The notes beneath the pieces are model-generated. The model had not been told where the DNA came from, searched no databases, and saw only the letters and a program-made list of their open reading frames with translations. From the NCBI GenBank assembly GCA_963737155.1, contig CAVTRN010000002.1, positions 2,944,001 to 3,008,000 on the forward strand: a DNA stretch of 64,000 nt, in the 5' to 3' direction. The stretch's first letter is position 1, and every line of letters begins with the position of its first letter. This DNA comes from Nitrospirota bacterium. GTDB lineage: Bacteria; Nitrospirota; UBA9217. This document shows positions 9,750-20,180 of this stretch, in pieces. The position numbers and the translations under genes were made by a program.

Positions 9750-11597
9750 CTAGCTGCGGTCGTTGTCAGCGGTTCCCTTGAGAGCAGGAGCAATGAGCCT
9801 GCCTTTTGCCCAGGAAAGGTAGAGCGCGCTGTTGATTAGGCCGATGTGGCTGTAGGCCTGAGGATAATTTCCGATGAGTTTACCCGTTTCCAAGTCGATC
9901 TCCTCAGAGAGAAGCCCCAGCGGGCTCGCGTGGCGCAAGACGTCTCCGAATATCTGTTCTGCCTCCCGAATTCTGCCGGAGAGCACAAGAGCCTGTACGA
10001 GCCAGTAGGAGCAAATGATAAAGGCACCTTCGCGTCCGGAAAGGCTATCATCCCCTTCGTAGCGGCGCACAAGGTAGCCGTTGATAACGAGATGTTTCTG
10101 CACCATATCGATTGTTGACTGCACACGCGCATCTGCCGCCGGAAGAAACCCCATAGAGGGGATGAGGAGGACAGAAGCGTCAAGCAATTCCGAATCGAAG
10201 GTTTGAACAAAGCAACCCATCTTTTTGCTATAGCCTTTATCGAGAATCGCCTGTCGAATCTCTTCTCTTATCCGTTCCCACCGCACAAGCTCCGCATTAA
10301 ACCTTTTTTCCTGGGCGATTTTGATTCCTCGGTCCACGGCCACCCAACACATAAGCTTGGAGTAGACGAAATGACGTGGTCCATTGCGCATTTCCCAGAT
10401 TCCCGCGTCTTTTCTATTCCAGTTATCACAGATGTGTTCCACGATTTTCGTAACAAGGGGCCAGCGCTTCTCCGGGAAGTCCTCTCCCCGACGCGTGGTA
10501 TCATAGAAGGCATTCAGGAGCTCTCCGAAAATATCGAGTTGCATCTGGTTAGCAGATCCATTGCCGATTCTAACCGGTCGGGAGTTCCGGTACCCGGCAA
10601 GATGGTCGAGCACCCGCTCCTGGAGATCCACCTCACCGTGAAGACCATAAAGGATACGGATTCGTTCTGGTTCGCCTGCTTCTTCAACGATGCGCATAGC
10701 CCAAGCTCGGAACGCGGAGGCTTCCTTGCGGTGTCCCAGATGAAAGAGGGCTTGGTCCGTGAACGAGGCATCGCGCATCCATGCATATCGATAGTCCCAA
10801 TTTCTTGTTCCACCTAGCACCTCGGGCAGGGACGTAGTTGCTGCCGCGGCGATAGCACCAGTGATTGGGTTAGCAAGTAGTTTAAGCACCAGCCCAGACC
10901 GGACCACGAAGTCGTGCCATGGCTCTTCGATCACACACGTTGTGTGCTCGCATCGGTGTACCCAATCGTGCCAATAGCGGATCACTTCGTTCAGTAGATG
11001 GGCATTGTCTTGGCAGTTAAAATTCGGCTTCCTCTCACATACCAGTAAAAACCATACTTCATCACCTTGGCGGATCGTGAACGTCGCCTGTGCTTCATTA
11101 CTGTTAGTAATACGCAGCGGCGTCACTGTGTGCAATGCAACAACTTTGTCGTCCCAGTAGCAGGACACTCCGTAACGTTCATGCACCAATGCAGCGGACG
11201 CCCGGCCGTAATCAGGCCGTGGGGAAAACTGCAGGGCCATATCTGTTACTCCGCTAACAGCTTCTATTTTCCGATATACAGCACGGAAAGTTCCGCCCTT
11301 GGTTACCTCCTCAACAGGCATGAAGTCGGTCAGGCGCGAAGAGCCCGAGGCGGTCGTGAACAGCATGGTAAGTACGTTCGTATTTTCCACGTAGCTTTGC
11401 AAAGCTCTGAATTCACCGGCCGGGCAGATTCGGAAAGATCCGCCTTTTTCTTCATCTAAAAGCGAAGCGAAAACTGAGGGGGACTCCAAGTAGGGAAAAC
11501 AAAGCCAGTCTATTGACCCATCGATAGCGATGAGGGCGCATGTTTCCAAGTTTCCTATTATCCCATAGTCTTCGATATTGCGCTGGCGCTTGATCAT
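9750..11597 (-). CDS. Glycoside hydrolase family 15 (trehalase/glucoamylase-like)
   Basis: TTSLPE.LGGTRNWDYRYAWMRD, GIWEMR, LGLLSEE, GNYPQAYSH. Confidence 0.93.
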   Translation of the reverse strand: MIKRQRNIEDYGIIGNLETCALIAIDGSIDWLCFPYLESPSVFASLLDEEKGGSFRICPAGEFRALQSYVENTNVLTMLFTTASGSSRLTDFMPVEEVTKGGTFRAVYRKIEAVSGVTDMALQFSPRPDYGRASAALVHERYGVSCYWDDKVVALHTVTPLRITNSNEAQATFTIRQGDEVWFLLVCERKPNFNCQDNAHLLNEVIRYWHDWVHRCEHTTCVIEEPWHDFVVRSGLVLKLLANPITGAIAAAATTSLPEVLGGTRNWDYRYAWMRDASFTDQALFHLGHRKEASAFRAWAMRIVEEAGEPERIRILYGLHGEVDLQERVLDHLAGYRNSRPVRIGNGSANQMQLDIFGELLNAFYDTTRRGEDFPEKRWPLVTKIVEHICDNWNRKDAGIWEMRNGPRHFVYSKLMCWVAVDRGIKIAQEKRFNAELVRWERIREEIRQAILDKGYSKKMGCFVQTFDSELLDASVLLIPSMGFLPAADARVQSTIDMVQKHLVINGYLVRRYEGDDSLSGREGAFIICSYWLVQALVLSGRIREAEQIFGDVLRHASPLGLLSEEIDLETGKLIGNYPQAYSHIGLINSALYLSWAKGRLIAPALKGTADNDRS

Positions 11598-11661
11598 ACC
11601 TTCAGCTATAACTCCTCAACAGTGAGTGTCAGTAAGAGAGGTAAACATAGCGGCGGCGAAT

Positions 11662-11688
11662 TACCCCGCAGCAGGGCTGCGGGGCATC
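11662..11688. repeat. Palindrome TACCCCGCAGCAGGGCTGCGGGGCATC
   Basis: CCCCGCAGC/GCTGCGGGG stem; same family as 2839 and 60383. Confidence 0.6.
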
Positions 11689-11872
11689 CTAAAACCGGCT
11701 AGAACCTAAAACCTGTTTGATAACTGCAGAACATCGTTATATATAGATAGAGCATGAGGTTATATTTCCCCATTTAAATATAGGGGAAATTATCTTCAAG
11801 ACGATCCAAAATACAAACCTCTTGCTAAGAATTAGTATATCAGGTACTAAATTTAAGAGACAGGAGGCTTCT

Positions 11873-12345
11873 ATGAATGGTATAAATGATATCAGACTTG
11901 ATCAGTTTCTGCAAATGAAGAAAGAGATTCGCGGTTCTGAGCAGTATTTGATAGTGGGGATTGATGCGGCGAAAGAGAAACACCGTGCGTTTTTCGGCAC
12001 AGCGCAAGGCAGACCGCTTTTGAAGATCCTGGTCTTTGACAACACGCTCGAGGGATTCGAAAAGCTGGATGCTTATGTGGACGCGTCAACATTCAATACA
12101 GCCCGTCGAAGATTGTTTTCGGCATCGAGCCTACAGCTAATTACCACAAGCCCTTGGCGAAGCATCTTGATCAAGTGCGGGCGGAGATGGTCGTTCTTGT
12201 TGGCGGCGTGGCGATAAAGAACAACCGGCAGCTTCTGAACGACCGATGGGACAAAAACGATGACAAGGACGCGGCAAATGTCGCAGATCTCATCGCCCAG
12301 GGGAAGTGCCTATTTTATGAATATCCCCTGATGACATTGCGGGAG
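11873..12345 (+). pseudogene. IS110-family transposase N-terminal (DEDD) remnant
   Basis: IVGIDAAKEKH, frameshift, FGIEPTANYHKPL...DKNDDKDAANVADL. The C-terminal domain is missing. Confidence 0.85.
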
Positions 12346-12391
12346 GAAATTCCCCGTAAATGGCCTTTGCCAATGTTTCCCCCATCAACTA

Positions 12392-12541
12392 TTATATGAT
12401 TTTTCGGCCCAGGATAACTCTTATCAACACGACAATAATTGCGATAACGAGCAAAATATGGATAAATCCACCCATAGTATAACTGCTCACCATCCCAAGT
12501 AACCACAGAATTATCAGTATTACTGCTATTGTCCACAACAT
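12392..12541 (-). CDS. lmo0937-family small membrane protein (second copy, 49 aa)
   Basis: MLWTIAVILIILWLLGMVSSYTMGGFIHILLVIAIIVVLIRVILGRKII*; RBS AAGGAG. Confidence 0.9.
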   Translation of the reverse strand: MLWTIAVILIILWLLGMVSSYTMGGFIHILLVIAIIVVLIRVILGRKII

Positions 12542-12562
12542 TTCGTTCTCCTTTCGGTTTAA

Positions 12563-12760
12563 TCAGGCCCTTTGCTTGTGATAAAAGTAAAATCCCCGAG
12601 CATCAGGCGGATAATATATATCAGTACCGAATATCATGACTACAGCCGCTGGGGCCGATACGACCAGACCGGGCAAGGGAATGTTGTAATCGGAGTATTG
12701 GCGACTTTGAAAAATACTTCCCCCTCCGCCGGAAGCGGTTACTTCCGATTGTCTCAGCAA
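12563..12760 (-). pseudogene. Remnant of a Pro/Tyr-rich exported protein
   Basis: NIPLPGLVVSAPAAVVMIFGTDIYYPP...FYFYH resembles small exported proteins; truncated. Confidence 0.35.
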
Positions 12761-13489
12761 GCTATATCAATAAATATACCTCTTTTCATCAAGTGATTGT
12801 AGCTTCGTTGATTGACACTAGATACCAATACTTGCAAATAGATTCGGATCGTGGAGTATAGACCATATCGTAAGCAGAAGCATGATGGAAAGTCCGAACA
12901 CGAGAATAACACCTGCCGAGTACGACAGCTTGAAAGTTCGCTGGCATATGCTGGTATACTTGGAATAGCAGTTCGCTAGCGATACGCTTGTATTACCTAT
13001 TCATGATTTCAAAAGTCCGTTACAATCGAAGAGCTCCATTCAATGAATTAGAAGTGAACAATGAAGGGGCGATAATGAAATCATCCGATCATCAGGCCAT
13101 GCTAAAGTCATCATTGGCATCGCCGAACATAATGGCAGGTTTAAATTGCTGGACTTCTCAACGTTATATGGCCCTCCCGGTCTGTGATCGATCCCCGAAT
13201 CTGCAATTTTGGAGGATGCTCGGTTGTCAGGTTTTGCGACAAGAAGAAGATTTGAGACAATTAAAGACGAGATATGTCTTAAAAAGTGCAAAAAATGATT
13301 TTGGAGATACTTTACTAGAGATATTTAAAATGCTGCATTCGTTGTGTAAAAGCACAGTGAAGTTCAAGAGTGGCGGATCAAAGAGACAGTTTTTGATTCT
13401 TCCAGATATTCGTTAAATCAATACCAATTGTATAATTTACTTAGCGGTCTGTTTGAAGCAATTGTCCAAACACAGAATTACAGGGATCT

Positions 13490-14866
13490 ATGATGAATAC
13501 TCTTCTGCTCTCGCGTATACAGTTTGGTGTTACGACCTTATTCCACATCCTGTTCCCTGCCTTGACCATCGGTCTTTCCCTGTATCTCGTCGCGATCGAA
13601 TTCCTGTGGATTCGCACAAAGCAAGAGCTATATTACCGCATGTATCGCTTCTGGATAAAGTTATTTGCCATCAACTTCGGTGTAGGAGCTGTGACGGGAA
13701 TCGTATTGGAGTTCGAGTTCGGCACAAATTTTTCGAGATTTTCACAGGCAGTTGGCAATGTATTGTCGCCCCTGCTGCTCTTCGAGGTACTGACTGCCTT
13801 CTTCCTGGAGTCCGGTTTTCTCGGCATTATGCTCATCGGCTGGAAGAGAGTGTCACGGCATGTTCATTTTCTCGCCACCTGCCTCGTGGCAACGGGCACA
13901 ATTCTCTCATCATTCTGGATCCTCGCTGCCAATTCATGGATGCAAACACCGTCAGGCTATCAAGTGGTCGCGGGAAAATTCATGGTCATCGATTTTATCT
14001 CAGTCATTTTTAATCCTTCCATGTGGGTGCGCATAGCCCATATGATCACAGCATCAATAGAAACAAGTGTTTTCGTCGTTTCCGGGGTAAGTGCTTATTT
14101 TCTCCTCAGAGACCGAAACCGTCCTCTTTTTCAGCGTTCATTAGGCATAGCGCTCATCATGGCCGCTTTGATGGCGCCGCTCCAGGTTTACATAGGCGAT
14201 CTGAACGGCCGGAGCGTTTCCGAATACCAGCCCGCCAAACTCGCTGCTATAGAAGCCCATTGGGACACAAATATTAAGACTGGAGCGTCTTTCGCTCTGA
14301 TCGCACTGCCGAACGCACAGGCGGAAAAAAATATTTTTGAACTATCCATACCGCACGGACTCAGTCTCCTTGCCACCCATTCTCTAAATGGGCGGGTATT
14401 GGGACTCAGGGAGTTCCCCCGGGAAAATCGTCCCAATGTTTTCATGCTGTTTTGGACATTCAGGGCAATGGCAGGCATTGGCATAGTCTATCTCCTGGTT
14501 ATGGTCTGGGCCCTTTACCTCTGGAAACGAAGGGAGCTCTATGATAACCGGCCCTTTCTATGGACCTTGCTGGTCACCCATCCCCTCGGTTTTCTTGCCA
14601 TAGAAACAGGATGGGTAACAGCGGAAGCAGGCCGCCAACCATGGCTCGTATATAATATAATGCGTACGGCAGAAGGGACTTCGCCCATTCCGGCGGGAAA
14701 TGTTATCTGGTCACTTGGCCTTTTTCTGATTATATTTGCAGCTGTCGGTTCGATCTATTCATTTTACATTGTAAAAATGATTGCTCGCGGACCGGATTTG
14801 TCCAGTCCGATACCGCCAGTTCAGCTGCCGGCAGGAATGAAGCCACTCGATAAAGATCATTCGTAG
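13490..14866 (+). CDS. cydA: Cytochrome bd ubiquinol oxidase subunit I
   Basis: FHILFP, ANSWMQTP, RIAHM, QPAKLAAIE, FRAM, EAGRQPW; short Q-loop. Confidence 0.95.
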   Translation: MMNTLLLSRIQFGVTTLFHILFPALTIGLSLYLVAIEFLWIRTKQELYYRMYRFWIKLFAINFGVGAVTGIVLEFEFGTNFSRFSQAVGNVLSPLLLFEVLTAFFLESGFLGIMLIGWKRVSRHVHFLATCLVATGTILSSFWILAANSWMQTPSGYQVVAGKFMVIDFISVIFNPSMWVRIAHMITASIETSVFVVSGVSAYFLLRDRNRPLFQRSLGIALIMAALMAPLQVYIGDLNGRSVSEYQPAKLAAIEAHWDTNIKTGASFALIALPNAQAEKNIFELSIPHGLSLLATHSLNGRVLGLREFPRENRPNVFMLFWTFRAMAGIGIVYLLVMVWALYLWKRRELYDNRPFLWTLLVTHPLGFLAIETGWVTAEAGRQPWLVYNIMRTAEGTSPIPAGNVIWSLGLFLIIFAAVGSIYSFYIVKMIARGPDLSSPIPPVQLPAGMKPLDKDHS

Positions 14867-15037
14867 TCGCTAACAGTGATAAACTCTACGGACACGCAAA
14901 GAAAGTGCTGATGGATTGCGTTCATCGGGAAAAAAGGAAGGACGTGTTCAAAATGTTAAAAAGATCCGATCTGATTCACGGCGAAATCTCTCTTACAAAA
15001 TAGCGGGCCATACTGGTTGTGTCTTGAGGTCTTGACT

Positions 15038-16033
15038 ATGGATATCGATACCGTGTGGATAGCATTAATCGCACTGATCATCATTCTATATGTAATCCTG
15101 GACGGCTTTAGTCTCGGCATAGGGATTCTGTTCCCATTTATGCAGAGTGAGCAAGAACGTGATGCGTTGATAGACAGCATCGCGCCGGTGTGGAGCGCAA
15201 ATCAGACGTGGCTCGTCTTTGGTGGAGGCGCCCTGTTTGTCGCCTTTCCCATGCTTTACGGAGTTCTTTTCAGTGCCCTCTATATCCCTCTTGTTACATT
15301 GCTATACGGTCTGATCTTCCGCGGTGTTTCGCTTGAATTTCGAATCAGCGCTGCAAGGAACAGCATATGGGACAGGGCATTCCATGTGGGAAGCCTTGTT
15401 TCAGTCGTATCACAGGGCCTGATCTTAGGCGGGGTCCTGTCGGGAATAAAAGTAACAGGAGAAAATTTTTCGGGAGGTGCTTTCGACTGGCTTAACCCCT
15501 TTTCAACAACGCTAGCCGCCGGGCTCATTGCCGGCTATCTTCTACTGGCTTCGACTTATCTTATCATTAAGACTACAGGTTCCACACAGGATAGAGCTCA
15601 CAGGATAGCCTTTCGTGCTGCGATTGTCGTGCTCATTTTTCAAGTCCTTATGATAGTCTGGACGCCGTTTCAATACCCGCGGGTGCTGATCCATTGGCTT
15701 ACTCCTCCCCGGGTTTATTTCATCTGGATATTTCCCACATTTGGTCTGGCCGCTTTCTGCGGGATTATAAGCAGTTTGCGAAGCCGATGGGAAAATACAC
15801 CCTTTATTTTCAGTTCTTTTTTCTTTTTTGCAGGGTACCTGGGGCTTTTTTTTTCAATTTACCCGTACGCCATTCCACCCGACATAACGTTTCAGGAAGC
15901 AGCAGCGCAGCGAGATACACTGGTGTTCACTCTGTCGGGAGCAGTATTTATTTTGCCGGTTATTCTTAGCTACACCATTTATAGCTACCGCGTTTTCAGA
16001 GGCAAAGCAGGTAAGGATGGGTCTTACCATTGA
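15038..16033 (+). CDS. cydB: Cytochrome bd oxidase subunit II
   Basis: YVILDGFSLGIG, IAPVWSANQTWLVFGGG, YRVFRGK. Confidence 0.93.
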   Translation: MDIDTVWIALIALIIILYVILDGFSLGIGILFPFMQSEQERDALIDSIAPVWSANQTWLVFGGGALFVAFPMLYGVLFSALYIPLVTLLYGLIFRGVSLEFRISAARNSIWDRAFHVGSLVSVVSQGLILGGVLSGIKVTGENFSGGAFDWLNPFSTTLAAGLIAGYLLLASTYLIIKTTGSTQDRAHRIAFRAAIVVLIFQVLMIVWTPFQYPRVLIHWLTPPRVYFIWIFPTFGLAAFCGIISSLRSRWENTPFIFSSFFFFAGYLGLFFSIYPYAIPPDITFQEAAAQRDTLVFTLSGAVFILPVILSYTIYSYRVFRGKAGKDGSYH

Positions 16034-16513
16034 GGTTCTTGCAAAAATCCGTTTCGCGCGATTGCAAACGAAGTGAGAAATATTTGTTGAGGAATTTCTT
16101 AGTGCTGAAGAAATAATAATTTCTCCACTGGTCGAGGTGACAAGGCCGCGCTTTTCGGATATTTTTAAGAGGTTCCTGATCATGAATATGTGCCTGTTCC
16201 CTTATCATGGGGATCGATGAATGCAAGGCCGATGCGACGATTGAATACTACAAAGCCATCGAACTCGTACACAAGATGTAAGATGAAGCCGGAAAGGTTG
16301 GTAGGGAGAAGAACCTCCGGTGATGATGAATTCATAAGAGAACCTTAAAGACAGTCGCAGAAAAGGCTTAAGTAGAAGTCGAGACTGCCTTATTCGAGGT
16401 GACTTCGAAGTTCAAATGGGCCATGTTGCTGAATGAATCGCGTGGAAACCATTATGTTTTGTTTATTCAGCGTGTGACCGGCGTGAAAGAAAAGATGACA
16501 TTTGGAGGGGACA

Positions 16514-18340
16514 ATGGGAAAAAATGCTCGCACTATGGTAAAACATCCGGCCATGGGAGCCATTTTGAATGCAAAGGGTGTAACCTTTCGGGTATGGGCA
16601 CCTCATGCCGAAAAGGCTTATGTGACCGGAACCTTCAATGACTGGAACAAGACCTCAATCCCGTTGGTCAAGGAGGAAAATGGACACTGGTCTGCTGACG
16701 TGCCAGAAGCAAAAGTGGGAGATGAGTATCGATACATAATTCACGTCCCTGCCGATTGGACTATCCCCCCTTTTTCACGTATTGATCCTTACGCCAGAAT
16801 GGTAACGAATGCAGTGGGCAACGGGATAATCTATGATCCTGATGCATTCGATTGGGGCAATAATCCCTTTCAGATGGCCACGGGGAATGAAATTATCATT
16901 TACGAAATGCACGTCGGCACCTTTAACGTTAAAGAAAAGGGACACATGGGGACGTTTGAAAGTGCCGTCGAAATATTTCCTTACCTTAAGGAATTAGGTA
17001 TCAATGCCATTGAAGTCATGCCGATCATGCAGTTTTCAGGCGATTTTTCGTGGGGGTACAATCCTGCTCATCCCTTTGCCGTCGCAAGCATATACGGCGG
17101 GCCGGATGCCCTTAAGTTCTTTGTTAAAGCAGCCCACGAGCAAGGTATTGCTGTCATCGTAGATGTCGTTTACAACCACTTTGGTCCCGACGATCTTGCT
17201 TTGTGGCAATTTGATGGTTGGAGTGAAAACAAGAAGGGTGGAATTTACTTTTATAATGATCACCGCTCTCATACACCCTGGGGCGAGACGCGTCCCGATT
17301 ATGGAAGGGGCGAAGTGCGCCAATATATACGCAATAACGCCATAATGTGGTTCGAGGAGTACCATGTCGACGGCTTACGGTGGGACATGATACTCTATAT
17401 CAAAAGCATTGATGGAAATGAAGGGAACCCAGCTACTGACATTCCCGAAGGGTGGAGCTTGATGCAGTGGATCAATGTGGAAATCCAACAACTGTTTCCC
17501 GGCAAGATTAGCATCGGTGAAAGCATGAGAAATAACCCCTGGGTCACTAAAGAAGTAGGAGCGGGCGGCGCAGGCTTCAATGCTCAATGGGATGCCGAAT
17601 TTGTGCATCCCGTCCGCCAAGCTGTCATCGTACTTGATGATGCATCACGTGATTTGGGTGCGGTAAGCAAAGCCATCGAGCATCGCTATGATTTAGACGT
17701 CTTTCGACGGATCATTTATACAGAGTCGCACGACGAGACAGCCAATGGCCGGGCACGTGTGCCGGAGGAGATTTGGCCCGGAAACGTGGACAGCTGGTTT
17801 TCCAAAAAACGCTCCACATTAGCAGCGGCGATTGTTCTTACTTCTCCCGGCATTCCGATGATTTTCCAAGGACAGGAATTATTGGAAGATCGGTGGTTTC
17901 AGGATAAAGACCCGATTGATTGGTCCCGGACCAAGATAGAAAACGGCATTCTCAGCATGTATCGGGATCTGATTGCCCTGCGTCGCAATTGGTCGGGCGT
18001 GACGCGGGGATTATGCGGTCAAAACATCCATATCTATCATGTTGATAATGAAGCCAAGATCATCGTCTTTCATCGTTCGGACAAACAAGGCCCAAAAGAT
18101 AGCGTCGTTGTAGCGGTTAATATGATGAATGAAAAGCGCGATGGTTATGTCATCGGTTTTCCGAGGGCCGGATTGTGGAAAACGCGATTTAACAGTGACT
18201 CATATAACTACGACACAAATTTTGCGAATCATCCCACTCCTGATGTCGATGCCCATGAGGATAAGATCGATGGGCTGCCAAGCTCCGGCAAAATCAATAT
18301 TGGACCATACACGGTAGTAATATTTTCGCAGGATGAATGA
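16514..18340 (+). CDS. GH13 CBM48-containing alpha-glucan enzyme (TreZ/branching-enzyme-like)
   Basis: FRVWAPHA, IYEMHVGTF, WGYNP, DVVYNH, DGLRWD, ESHDE, PMIFQGQE. Confidence 0.88.
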   Translation: MGKNARTMVKHPAMGAILNAKGVTFRVWAPHAEKAYVTGTFNDWNKTSIPLVKEENGHWSADVPEAKVGDEYRYIIHVPADWTIPPFSRIDPYARMVTNAVGNGIIYDPDAFDWGNNPFQMATGNEIIIYEMHVGTFNVKEKGHMGTFESAVEIFPYLKELGINAIEVMPIMQFSGDFSWGYNPAHPFAVASIYGGPDALKFFVKAAHEQGIAVIVDVVYNHFGPDDLALWQFDGWSENKKGGIYFYNDHRSHTPWGETRPDYGRGEVRQYIRNNAIMWFEEYHVDGLRWDMILYIKSIDGNEGNPATDIPEGWSLMQWINVEIQQLFPGKISIGESMRNNPWVTKEVGAGGAGFNAQWDAEFVHPVRQAVIVLDDASRDLGAVSKAIEHRYDLDVFRRIIYTESHDETANGRARVPEEIWPGNVDSWFSKKRSTLAAAIVLTSPGIPMIFQGQELLEDRWFQDKDPIDWSRTKIENGILSMYRDLIALRRNWSGVTRGLCGQNIHIYHVDNEAKIIVFHRSDKQGPKDSVVVAVNMMNEKRDGYVIGFPRAGLWKTRFNSDSYNYDTNFANHPTPDVDAHEDKIDGLPSSGKINIGPYTVVIFSQDE

Positions 18341-19066
18341 TAATCTATTTATTTATCTTTAGAGATAGCCTAGCTGAATAAAAAAAATTATTTATGTCGG
18401 GACTGGCAGTCATGATTGTAAGAAAGAGACATCCATGCGGTGATTAATAATGACGCTCTCTGTTGCATAGCAATAATTACTCAATACATTTATTAAAATG
18501 GCTATGCATTATGTTTAGGAATATGTTCAGGAAAAGAGCAACCCTGTTTACATCATGCAGTACCAATGTCGTGAATGGTTTATTTAGATTTGTTTCCATA
18601 AAAGCAATAATAGCCTCTTTGGCCTCATTATAATATGTGAATGTATAACTGGTTTCATGAGATTGTATTTCCCCTCCCGTCTGATATAGTTATCTTATGA
18701 TTCATGAGATTGTATCCCGTCTTTTTACGGAAGCAATAAAAAGATTATGAATCCAGGAGCAAGATTGAGTACTTCATGACCATCGAATAGTTGCAGGACA
18801 AGCAAGACAGGGCCTGACAAAGCTGAAGTAACTGGAGGCCTTCGGAAATGAGGCGTGGAAAGATCTCTATTCAAGCGTGGTAAAAACCTGTGTGGAGCAA
18901 GACAGTCTTTGACAATATGACATCAAAATTAAAATAAGCAGGTTTGGTGAATTATGTGGATAACTATAGTGGACTTCGGATAAAGTAGCGGAAATTTCCA
19001 AATGTTGAAAGTATAAATGGTAGGCGGCATCAAGCCTTAAGTTAGCTGTAGGAGGTAAAGTACGTT

Positions 19067-20128
19067 ATGAATTTATTTGATGAATGGGGAATCCCGCTGA
19101 TTGTCTTGTCGGTATGGATTGTCTTCATCTTTATCGCCGTACCCGCGTTCGTGAACTATTTAAGGAAAAGGGCAGAGGAGCGACAGCAGGATTTTAACGC
19201 TATTTTCTTATCGGCGTTAAAAACGCCTCTAGTCTTAATTCTTCTCTATATAGGACTGAACGTGTTTATCGATATGATCCCCTCTGTTCCTGCAAAATGG
19301 GAGAAGTACCTTAATAACTCGCTCTTTATTCTCTTTGTCGTTGCCGGCTATCTCTTTATGGACCTGTTGATGATGAGAGTAATCAGGCGATACATTAAAG
19401 CTGTTGAAGTCATGGCATCGGCCGCAAGCGTAATGAAATCGCTCTACAGAATCGTCCTTCTCGCCTTTGCTGCAATGATCATTCTCGACCACCTCAAAAT
19501 TACGATTGCACCGTTTCTGGCTTCACTAGGAATCGGGGGGGTCGTCATGGCGCTTGCACTCAACAGCACCCTTTCTAATTTCTTTTCCGGAATTTACCTT
19601 TTTTTCGATAAGCCCATCAGGATAGGTGATTACATCAGACTCGAGTCCGGAGAGGAAGGATACGTGACCCAGGTGGGTTGGCACAGCACGAGGATTCGAA
19701 CGCCTTCCAATAACACTCTTATAGTCTCAAATGCCATTCTTGCCGGCAACCGCATCACTAACTACTATCTTCCAGATAGGGAAGTACCAGTTGGGGTTAA
19801 TTTAAGTGTAACATATGGGAGCGACCTCGATAAGATGGAGCGCGTGACAGTCGATGTGGCACGAGATGTCCTTAAAGATACTGTCGGAGGAGTCAAAGAG
19901 TTCGAACCCTCCATAGGTTATAGCAGCCTTGGTGACTCAGGCATCCACTTTACAGTTAACCTTCGTGCCAAAGAGTATACTATTCAGCCTTTGATAATAC
20001 ACGAATTCATAAAACGTCTGCTACGACGTTATGAAGCGGAGGGAATCGAGATCGCATCACCTGTTCGGAATGTATATATAAAGGATTCTTCGGAGGTAAG
20101 GTATGTGGATGGCCGAGAAAAGGTATAA
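19067..20128 (+). CDS. MscS-family mechanosensitive channel
   Basis: ASLGIGGVVMALAL..TLSNFFSG...DKPIRIGDYI...EGYV; RBS GGAGG. Confidence 0.92.
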   Translation: MNLFDEWGIPLIVLSVWIVFIFIAVPAFVNYLRKRAEERQQDFNAIFLSALKTPLVLILLYIGLNVFIDMIPSVPAKWEKYLNNSLFILFVVAGYLFMDLLMMRVIRRYIKAVEVMASAASVMKSLYRIVLLAFAAMIILDHLKITIAPFLASLGIGGVVMALALNSTLSNFFSGIYLFFDKPIRIGDYIRLESGEEGYVTQVGWHSTRIRTPSNNTLIVSNAILAGNRITNYYLPDREVPVGVNLSVTYGSDLDKMERVTVDVARDVLKDTVGGVKEFEPSIGYSSLGDSGIHFTVNLRAKEYTIQPLIIHEFIKRLLRRYEAEGIEIASPVRNVYIKDSSEVRYVDGREKV

Positions 20129-20180
20129 CTTTCTTTTGGTACATATTAAGTCTGTTCTCATCTGCAACGCACAATAAAAT

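Noticed and set aside
18654-18722. 15-bp direct repeat TTCATGAGATTGTAT
   Set aside because: A single small duplication in AT-rich DNA with no supporting context.
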